The notes under the pieces: model-generated
What the model saw: only the letters and a program-made list of their open reading frames with translations
Told to the model about the DNA's origin: nothing
Database searches by the model: none
Made by a program: the position numbers and the translations under genes
Source of the DNA: Asterionella formosa
Lineage: Eukaryota
Direction: 5' to 3'
Length of the DNA stretch: 20,207 bases
Assembly: GCA_002256025.1 (NCBI GenBank)
Contig: NKIB01012336.1
Location: forward strand, 62,001-82,207
In this document: piece by piece, positions 8,522 to 17,900 of the stretch
How positions within the stretch are numbered: position 1 is the first letter of the stretch
Layout: the number at the start of each line of letters is the position of its first letter

Positions 8522-9634
8522 TTACAACTCTCCTAGGGTCGACATGTCGATCACTGCACGCGTAGCACCAACTTCACCGGCATTCAAGGCCTTGAAGTGT
8601 TCACTGGCATCCTTGGCATGAATAATTTCGCAGTCTGGAGAAATGTTGTGCTCAGCACAAAAGTCAAGCATTGCTTGCGTCTCGGGAACGCCACCGACCA
8701 AAGATCCTTCAACAGAGTATCGGCTCATCAGGAGGGGAAAGGCAGAAAGCGAGAAAGGCGCAGGAACACCACCAAGAAGGACAAATTGACCGCCAACCGT
8801 GAGTGTGCCCATCAATGAAGCAATATCATGACTTGCAGACACAGTATCCAAGATTACATCAAAGGTGTGAGCGGCGGCCTTCAATGCTTCTTCGTCGGTG
8901 TGAATCAAAATACCTGCACCGAGTTCCTTGGCCTGTTGCTCCTTTTTGTTGTTACGGGAAAAGACAGTCACTTCCGCTCCCATCGCCTTTGCAATCTTGA
9001 CTGCCATATGACCGAGTCCACCAAAACCGACAACACCAACATGCTTTCCCTTTCCGCCACCCTTTTGAAGAATGTGACGGTTAAGAGGAGAAAAGGTAGT
9101 GATACCAGCACAAAGGAGCGGTCCTGCATGTTCAAGCTTAATATTCTCGGGCACGTGATAAGTGAAGTGCTTGTTGACAACAATCTTGCTTGAATAGCCA
9201 CCGTTGGTATGGTGTCCAACGCATTCCTCAAAATTCGCCCCTTTACCTTCGGGGAATGGTGTAGAGTAGGTCTGAATCGAGTGGGCGCAATGTTGCTCGA
9301 GTCCTTCGTCACAAAGCTTACAACTGCGGCAACTTTCGACGAAACATCCTACTGCGACACGATCGCCAACTTTAAACTCGGTCTCGCTCACAGAACTTCC
9401 AACAGCGGCCACGACTCCAGCAATCTCATGGCCAGGAGCGATGGGGTAAAGGTTCACGCCCCAATCGCCGTTGCAGGCATGAAGGTCAGAGTGACACATT
9501 CCACAATATTTGATGTCAATGGCAACATCGTGCGGGCCTGGTTCGGGTCGGCCGAACTCATGCTTTCCCAACTCGGCAGTGTTATCAAATGCACAGAGTG
9601 CGATAGTTCCGGTTCCTTTCTCAATGGTGGCCAT
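8522..9634 (-). CDS. Zn-dependent medium-chain alcohol dehydrogenase/aldehyde reductase, cinnamyl-ADH (CAD/YahK/ADH6-like), copy A, 370 aa
   Basis: CGMCHSD, GHE, structural Zn site C-x2-C-x2-C-x7-C, GPLLCAGITTFSPL, GFGGLGH and SR after the Rossmann strand (NADPH-type). Start set at ATG 9634 by alignment with copy B. Confidence 0.93.
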   Translation of the reverse strand: MATIEKGTGTIALCAFDNTAELGKHEFGRPEPGPHDVAIDIKYCGMCHSDLHACNGDWGVNLYPIAPGHEIAGVVAAVGSSVSETEFKVGDRVAVGCFVESCRSCKLCDEGLEQHCAHSIQTYSTPFPEGKGANFEECVGHHTNGGYSSKIVVNKHFTYHVPENIKLEHAGPLLCAGITTFSPLNRHILQKGGGKGKHVGVVGFGGLGHMAVKIAKAMGAEVTVFSRNNKKEQQAKELGAGILIHTDEEALKAAAHTFDVILDTVSASHDIASLMGTLTVGGQFVLLGGVPAPFSLSAFPLLMSRYSVEGSLVGGVPETQAMLDFCAEHNISPDCEIIHAKDASEHFKALNAGEVGATRAVIDMSTLGEL

Positions 9635-10739
9635 GATTGCTGCAAAAGTGTTTAGTAAAATTATGTTTATATTATGGGTATGAAAGATTTCTGATGGGCC
9701 ACATATTATCATGTGGAGTACCTGGTAGCTCGTCTACATCATTATGGTGAGCTGACTCATCGACCTTTGTGGTATTACCGGTATTATATTGTACTCCATT
9801 ACCGTTATTTTGTACATATGGGGAGGGGAGTATCTGCTTTGATCAGGAAATGTCGCAGATTATCACCATGTCGTAGAAAGATTCCTGTCGCAATTCTTTC
9901 TTGTTCGATTTTGATCTGTTCTACGTTGTGGTATGTTATAGTATCGACCAGGTATGTAAAATAATATCCAGCAGAAAGAAATGTGTTTACCGGTAACCAT
10001 ATGAAACAGGTACTCTGGTACCTGGTGGTACCCACTTCTGTTCGATTTGACATGCTATGATCATCAATGTATGACCATGTCCCTGGTGGTCATTTTGCTT
10101 AAATAAACAATCTAATATGGGATAAAGATAGCTAAAGTTTTAGTTTCAGCACAATTAATTACCACATCTTGCTGCTACTCTACCATACCAGGTCCTGATT
10201 GCCGGCAGGAATGATGTGGGGACTTTGAAAATTCCTTCCTGTTCGTTCTTGTTCCTTTGTTCCCTTGCAACCCGACGAACTCTTAAATATACGGATAGTC
10301 GCCATGATCTCAAAAAGAAGGCTTGACGATGTGAAGCGAAACTTTTCTACAGCTTTCAAGCAAAAATCAAACGGTCACACTAATAAATGTATACATTTCG
10401 ACACTTGATATGCTGTTGACTCATTAGTAACAGTACCAGGTATGTGCTGGTTACAGATCACACCAGCCAAATTTTGCCACGCCATTTCATCTCACGTCAG
10501 GGTGAGGCGATTCGTTTACAAAGCATACCCAGCTAAGAAGTATCCTGATGATGCCTACATAAGAATCATCGTTAAAATTATTTCTAATTACGTGACTAAT
10601 GCTTCGAAGTTAAGCCATTTGTCATCCAGAAGGATGCATTGATAAAACCATATCAATGATTTTGAAAAAGAATTTCAGTGGAATCTAAATCAGCTGATTC
10701 TTAATTTGATGGAAGAAGTCAATGTCCACTACTCATCAA

Positions 10740-11852
10740 TTACAACTCTTGGATGGTAGACATGTCGATCACGACACGAGTGGCACCAACTTCCCCAGCG
10801 TCCATAGTCTTGAATGCGTCACTGGCATCCTTGGCATGAATAATTTTGCAGTCTGGAAAAATATTGTGATCGGAACAAAAGTCAAGCATTGCTTGCGTCT
10901 CGGGAACGCCACCGACCAAAGATCCTTCAACCGAGTGTCGGTTTCCCAAAAGGAAAAAGGCAGAAAGGGCAAAAGGTGCTGGAACAGCGCCGAGGAGGAC
11001 AAAATGACCGCCAACCTTGAGTGTTGCTACCATTGCAGCAATGTCATGACTTGCAGACACAGTATCCAAGATTACATCAAATGTGTGAGTGGCGGCCTTC
11101 AAAGCTTCTTTGTCTGCGTGAATCAAAATACTGGCACCGAGTTTCTTGGCCTGTTCTTCTTTCTTGTTGTTGCGAGAAAAGACAGTCACTTCTGCACCCA
11201 TTGCCTTTGCAATCTTGACTGCCATATGACCAAGCCCACCAAAACCTACAACACCAACATGTTTTCCTTTACCACCTCCCTTTTGAAGAATGTGACGGTT
11301 GAGAGGAGAAAATGTAGTAATGCCAGCACAAAGGAGGGGCCCTACGTGCTCAAGCTTGATATTCTTAGGCACATGATAGGTGAAGTGCTTGTTGACAACA
11401 ATCTTCGTTGAATAGCCCCCGTTGGTGTGGTAACCGACGCATTTCTCAAAGTTTGCTCCCTTACCGTCGGGGAATGGAGTAGAGTATGTCATAACAACGT
11501 GATCACAGTGTTGCTCGAGTCCTTCATCACAAAGCTTGCACTTGCGACAACTTTCAACAAAACATCCTACGCCGACACGATCGCCAACTTTAAACTCGGA
11601 ATTGCTAACAGAACTTCCAACAGCGGTCACGATACCCGCAATCTCATGGCCAGGAGCAATAGGATATCTATCACCGCCCCAATCGCCTTTGCAGGCATGA
11701 AGGTCCGAGTGACACATTCCACAATATTTGATGTCAATGGCAACATCGTGCGGGCCTGGTTCAGGGCGACCAAATTCATGTTTTCTTAACTCTGCGGTGC
11801 GGTTAAATGCACAGAGTGCGATAGTTCCGGTTCCTTTCTCGATAGTTGCCAT
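10740..11852 (-). CDS. Zn-dependent CAD/YahK-like alcohol dehydrogenase/aldehyde reductase, copy B (tandem paralog), 370 aa
   Basis: Same motifs as copy A. Aligns to copy A without gaps, with about 53 substitutions by manual count. Confidence 0.93.
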   Translation of the reverse strand: MATIEKGTGTIALCAFNRTAELRKHEFGRPEPGPHDVAIDIKYCGMCHSDLHACKGDWGGDRYPIAPGHEIAGIVTAVGSSVSNSEFKVGDRVGVGCFVESCRKCKLCDEGLEQHCDHVVMTYSTPFPDGKGANFEKCVGYHTNGGYSTKIVVNKHFTYHVPKNIKLEHVGPLLCAGITTFSPLNRHILQKGGGKGKHVGVVGFGGLGHMAVKIAKAMGAEVTVFSRNNKKEEQAKKLGASILIHADKEALKAATHTFDVILDTVSASHDIAAMVATLKVGGHFVLLGAVPAPFALSAFFLLGNRHSVEGSLVGGVPETQAMLDFCSDHNIFPDCKIIHAKDASDAFKTMDAGEVGATRVVIDMSTIQEL

Positions 11853-12141
11853 CGTTGATAAATTAATTATAATTATGTATTAGATTTTGTCACTGTTTTT
11901 GCGTCTAGTTGATTAGCTGGTTCTGGTTTTGTGAGGGAAACAAAATGTGAAAAGTCTTCACGCGAAAGCTGTGAAAATAGTGCGAAAGCTCCTTCATGTT
12001 CATTTTTGATCCATCGGTGTTCAGGAATCGATCCACAATGGTTACTATTTGGCGTTCATTTTCATCCTTTGCAGCGATTTGTGCTACACTATATCATGGA
12101 TTTCTCGTCAGCCAGTTGTTGTCTTTGGTGGCACATCATTC

Positions 12142-12178
12142 CTGTGAATTTCTGTGACAATTCTGTGAATCCCTGTGA
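12142..12178. promoter_or_regulatory. four CTGTGA hexamers spaced 10/11/10 bp apart in the divergent intergenic region; putative cis-element array
   Basis: CTGTGA starts at 12142, 12152, 12163 and 12173. The repeat is seen directly; the regulatory role is inferred. Confidence 0.4.
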
Positions 12179-12759
12179 TTTTCGGTATCAGTTTTACCCG
12201 TTATAATTGATCGAAATATATGCCGATGTAGGGCCCAATGATTTCTTTTATTTATTTATGTGAATCTACAGCTACCTAATACTGTGTATGATGTTTACAC
12301 CTAAGAAATGGTCGCAAGAAATACGTTCTGTTTCTTTATGATCTATTGATATATGCACGTATCATTTCTGCAGCATACCGGTCCTGTAGTAATCTATAGC
12401 GGGTATATTGTTCTTTCTCCTAGTGAGTCGTGGCGCCCTATGAATGACTTATCTCTCAAGCTAGTATATGCTAACTACATAGGTACTCCTACCAGGTACA
12501 GATCATTCTGCGGTGTGAGTGTCAGCGACGGGCTGGCTCATAATGGACCGAAATGTTGTCCCGTTTGAACAGGACGAGTATATAATTGTAGATATATATT
12601 TCTAATATATTTCAGAACTTCTTCTACTATAATACAGTAATATATAGCTTGTTAGAGTCGTGGACAACAAGACAATCAAGTTTAAGTCCAAGTCGCAACA
12701 TTTTCTGTTCACAAAATCTAGTGAAAAATTTCTAGCAACAAGGCTTCAAATATTCTAAA

Positions 12760-13185
12760 ATGACAAACCTTCGTCGCCTCGTACAGCTTTTCTCCATTGG
12801 GGCTATTCTTGGTTTCTGCAACTTAGTTGTGGCGGTGGATAACTTGTCTCACCTTCGTACAAGAAACCTAATGCTAACTAAAAAGCCAACTAGAAAGCCT
12901 ACCAGTAGACAGCCAAACGGCAGGCAAGCGCCAACGAAAGCTCCAACCAGGAGAAGTCCAACGAAACCTACTGTTCCTCTACGGAATCCTTGCCATTTTT
13001 GCATACATGGCGGGCCGCCCACGGCAACGCTTACCTGGATTTACACCAACGTCACGAAACGGTCTACAGGCTTTTATTGTAGAGAGTACTACCAAAAATC
13101 TCTGTATACACACGCAAACGATCCTTATTGCATTGTTGCTCGGCGTCATGTGAATCAAGTCAAATGTGGCTGTCGTGGGGCTTAA
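12760..13185 (+). CDS. small secreted basic protein: signal peptide, RxL pro-segment, K/R/P/T-rich PTxxPT linker and a six-Cys domain (CxxC...C...C...CGC), 141 aa
   Basis: ATG in an AAAATG context. Hydrophobic residues ~7-25, then HLRTRNL, TKKPTRKPT...PTKAPTRRSPTKPT and CHFC...CGC. Confidence 0.85.
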   Translation: MTNLRRLVQLFSIGAILGFCNLVVAVDNLSHLRTRNLMLTKKPTRKPTSRQPNGRQAPTKAPTRRSPTKPTVPLRNPCHFCIHGGPPTATLTWIYTNVTKRSTGFYCREYYQKSLYTHANDPYCIVARRHVNQVKCGCRGA

Positions 13186-14904
13186 TTTCTCCTTCACTTT
13201 CCAGTTGTCGCGGATATCTTCGATCGCACCATTCTTATTCTGATATGGTGATTGCTTCACGATTGGGTTTGCACTCTTTTCTGAAGAACAGAGCCCTAAA
13301 TCAATTGTGATTGCGACAAAACTTCCTGACAGAGCAGTGATGCCATCATTGTTCTTAAGCTAGTACCTAAATAAAACATAAAGTTACAGCAGTACAAGAC
13401 ACATTTGACGACAGGGCTGTCATTAGTTCTAATACCTGCTTACTTTTCACGTAATGGTACTTATACTGCATTACCTTCTTAGTATTATGCGTATTCCCCC
13501 TGCTCACATTTCCGCAGCAGAACAAATTTTTCAATTCTAGAGCATGCATCATGTAGTCTCCGAATTTTTGTCAAAACATAGTAGGATGATATCGTAACAC
13601 CGATGCACCATTACTGTAATTTCTTGATGATACTGCTCGATTCACTTTGTTGACAGAATCGCTTGGCCACCACGTCGTGTAGCTAGAAGCGATCAGATGC
13701 GCGCTGTCGAGCAATCTCTAGTACTAGTATATAATATGGTCAAACATGGGATGACATTCTAGGCCATAGCTGGTGGCTGGCTTTAAGATTCGGTGAATAA
13801 AGTTGCAACAAGAACCAGCTAGCTATTTTTGGATGAGTTTCACAGGTATAACAATCCCACCAGTGGCAACAAACTACCTGGTACCATCGTCAGGCAGCAA
13901 TGGCGCTGAAATTTAGAACTGTTCACATTCCACTTGCTGCTAGTATGTTTCTGTCTCCCCCAATTATCTCTAGCTAATCAACACAATACTGATGTGCCAA
14001 AAAAGTACATCAGGAAAATACGACAACAAATTTCTGGTCCTCCTATTAACCTAGGATATTTTTTGTACCGGTATCCGCAGTTAACTACCGGTACTCTTCT
14101 GAAAATCAAGCATCAAGAATGTATTGATCATGTCTAAGAACAATTATGTAGCCTCCGTTTACATCACATCCGCATGACGCAATATTCCTCATCCCTACAT
14201 ATGAATTGATTGGGAACACTATTGTATTCAGTATTTTTGTAAGTGCTTCAGTTAATGCACCAATTTTGGATCCCGGTATCCTTGTATGTATTGTGCACCT
14301 CTAGTGTACCATCTACATCAGCCAGCCAAACTACCGGTAGGCTGCCAGGCTATTATAGAGTATAAACAAATTTCATTTGTTTAAGGTTGTTTATTTACCG
14401 AAATGACAAGTACTGTGTTTTATATACCATCATACGCACAGAAACGCTTTTACGTGTATCGATACTCTACTCCTCTCTCATCTCATCCGGTATGTGCTCT
14501 TACAGGAGTCATTATCTAATACATACGACGACGGTTATACCATTGGGAGAAATCCAGAATTTAGGTCATTTGGTTGGTTGAAAAGATTTAGGTAATGAAA
14601 AATTATCGAAATTTTTGCTAGGAAAGGAAGTAACGGTAATAAATACGTAGGCATGTGTACGAACGTAAATCTTAGTTTCAATTTCGCGCCAACTCACATA
14701 TGAAATGTACATGTCATACCACCATCATCAGTAGAACCTTGTCAAGAATCTCAAGAACACAGGAGCAAGAATGGTGATGTTGAATTCCGATAACAAACGA
14801 CTTGGTGACGACTCATTGTTGGACAGATAAATGTGCCTTGGTTTCGCGTTCGTTATTCCGAACCGTCTCGCCTGCAATTGTCAATCGAACGAAAGAAAGG
14901 CGTC

Positions 14905-17900
14905 ATGGAAGACAAGATACCGTCGAAGGTTGGAGTACCTCAGTCCGATGAGATAATAGAAAGCGCTAGCATGGATCTGGAACCTTATCCTATTGCTGAC
15001 AAGAAAGCGACTCCAACTACTGTCACTAAACTGGAGGATGAGAAATCATTCAAGTCGAAGAAATCAATTGGATCGTTTGACGATCCACCTGCTTCGGACT
15101 GGTCTGTGAATGCCCATGACGACGGAACCAAGGTCGATGACCTCATCCGGAGTTGGGAAGTGATAATTTCTGCTCCGGGACAATCTGACGACGAAGGTGA
15201 GGCACTTGCCTCCCCTATCTTGACACCCTTGACACAAACGTCATTGTCGCAGCACGAGGATGCGAACAGCACCGCGGAAGTACAGCCGTTCAATAAAATA
15301 GGATTCTTTGCCGAACGAGGATTCTTGGAAACGTTTTTGGACGATTCATCGCTGGAAGTGTTTGAAGACAACATCAACGATAATGTTCCCTCGACCAAGT
15401 CGCCGAACAAGTCGCAAGTAAGAGACTTGCTTGCTCAGTCTACCTCAGCCGGGAAATCGGCATCGAACGAAAAGAATCTAGCTCCTTTACCGGATGTAAT
15501 GTCAAAAGCGAAACCAGAAACATTGACGCCAAATGTAGATCCTGTACCATTAAACGGGGAAGCCAATTTATCTTCGATCGTTCCATCTTCCAAGATCCAA
15601 GCCACGTCTACGAGTGTGGAAGCAAGCACGAAATCAGAATGTTCGGCCCCTGTTGTACATCATGTCCCATTGAAGGGGGAAGGTATTACATCTTCCGTCG
15701 CTACATCTTTCAAGTTCCAAGTAGCATCTCCGAGCGTAGAACCAAACCTGAAACCAGAAAACTCGGTACCTGTTGTTGATCCTGTGGAAAACAAACAAGG
15801 AATCATTATCTCTCCCATAGTTTTCCCTTCCAAGGTCAATCTCGAGACTTCGAATGTAGAAGGAAACGTAAAACCAGAAAACTTGGTCCCTGTTGTAGAT
15901 AATGTGGCAAACAAAGGCGAAGTCAATATCTCCCCTTTAGTTCTCCCTTTCAAGGTCAATGTCCTGTCTCCGAGTGTGGAAGCAAACATAAAACCAGAAA
16001 ACGAAGGAATAGTCAATATCTCCCCCGTAGTTCTTCCTTCCAAGGTCCAATTTGTTTCTCCGTTTCCGAGTGTAGAAGCAAATCTGAAACCAGAAAACTC
16101 GGTATCTTTGGTGGAACCTGTAAATGGCAAGGTGGTAAATTCGATGGGATTTAATCAAGTTGCAGCTGGATTGATAGATGTGGTGGATACATTTGCTCAG
16201 AATGAAGTATCACCAGTTGAAGCGCCTGTTGTGTTTGAAAACACAGCGACCTTGGTCGAATACGAAGTTCCAGGGCACTCGGATCTTCCAATTTCTATCA
16301 AGGGTTCACATAATGAAAAGAATGGATCAAACAAGTTAGTTGGCAATGAAGAGAAGGACGACAAGTTGTCGAATGTGGGTGCGTTTGTGAGTATTGCAAC
16401 GGTGGCTACAGTCGAAACTCTGGCTTCGTGGGCGACCCCTGAAGTACCAATGGTAGCGAGTCAAGTGGCTTCTATTGAAAGAACACCCTCGATCGAGAAA
16501 GTACCTAAACTGGCCGATTGCAACATACAAACAGAGAAACCTTTGGCCACATCGCTCCAGAAACCGACTGTGATCGAAGGGACCACTCCAGAAAATATTG
16601 CTGAGGATAAAGCCTTGAGACTTTCTGAGGAGGTTACCCCAGTTGCGAAGGAAGAAGTGTTATCACATTCCCTCAAAATTGACACATATGATGAAATTAA
16701 CATTCAGGAGCTGGATATTGACAGAGTGTCACCCGAAGTTCAATTGTCTAGTCGAAATATTAAGATGGAGATGGAAGATTACTCACAACACGAGGTGGAA
16801 GCAGGCAAAAGAGTTGGCGACGAAGAGAAGGAAGGCAACTCACCGAATGTTGTTGCTTCAGTTGGTATTGCAATCGTGGAAACAGCCACCGCTGTTGTGG
16901 TAACCTCTGTGGCGACCTCTGAGGTACCAATGGTAGCGACTCCAAGGACTCCTATTGAAGATCCTTCCTTTACTAAAAACGCACCTCAATTAGCTGACGG
17001 TGAAATGAACATGGAGGCACCTGTTCATACCGAACTATCCGCAACGCTCAAGGAGCGGGCTGTGATCGACGAGTCAGCTCCAGAACAAATTACTGAGAAA
17101 GCTTTGGATCCTTCGGAGGAAGTAGCGCCAGTTGCAAACCAAAAAGTCGCATCAATTGTCGAGAACGATGACAGCGACAATGACGTATTAATTCAGGAGC
17201 AGGATATTGACCAAGCGTTTCCTGAGTTATCGGAGGTTGAATCATTTAGAGATATTGAAATGGGGGACGACGACCCCCAAACCAGGGCATCGACAATCTC
17301 ATCCGATGAGAAATATGATCCTTTCTGGAAGAACCAAAAGTTTCTATTAATTGCTTTGGTTTTTCTTGTTGCTGTCATTGGGGCTGTGGTTGGCGCTATC
17401 ATCGCCACATCCGGCAGCGGTGGCTCGTCGATTTCAAGTTCCTCATCTAAAAATGTGCCTCCTTTGCTGGTTACACCGTCTCCCACCCTGTCACCCTCGC
17501 AAAGTCTCTTAAGCTTGATCACAGGCGTTGCTATACGAAAGGGCGCTGAATTTGTAGACCCCGATTCGTATCAGTCCCACGCTTACAATTGGCTTGCAAA
17601 AAATTTCACATACGGCACTTACAGTGACGCTCAATTAGTTCAACGATATTCTCTCGCTTGTCTCTATTTCTCAACTGACTTGGAGACCGAAGGAGGGTGG
17701 AATCTATCTACTGAATGGCTATCGTATCTTACAGCATGCGATTGGTTTGGTATAGTCTGCAATGCGGCAGGAGATATCACTGCATTGAACTTGGGGTCAA
17801 ACAATCTGGTGGGTGAACTGCCAGCCGAGGTATCCTTGTTAACTACTGCATATTTGCTTTGGTTCGACTTCAACAACGGACTGACGGGAACAATTCCGAC

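Noticed and set aside
9635..9712. 26-aa N-terminal extension of ADH copy A in the ORF track
   Set aside because: AT-rich UTR-like sequence that is absent from copy B, which starts at MATIEK. It cannot be fully excluded without transcript data.
9753..9760. TGACTCA AP-1/bZIP-like site upstream of ADH-A (another at 10417)
   Set aside because: A 7-mer that can occur by chance; no supporting evidence.
8597..11789. Long plus-strand ORFs overlapping the ADH genes (e.g. 9209-9655, 10722-11411)
   Set aside because: Antisense shadows of the ADH coding sequences; stop positions differ between the paralogs.
7327..13185. A biosynthetic gene cluster (acyltransferase-like gene, two reductases, secreted protein)
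   Set aside because: No backbone synthase or shared pathway logic; adjacency in a compact genome is not evidence.
14771..14904. Upstream ATGs (14771, 14831) and the GTG start at 14833 of the LRR gene
   Set aside because: The ATGs are out of frame and open short ORFs, and GTG initiation is unlikely in a eukaryote. A uORF role cannot be judged without a TSS.
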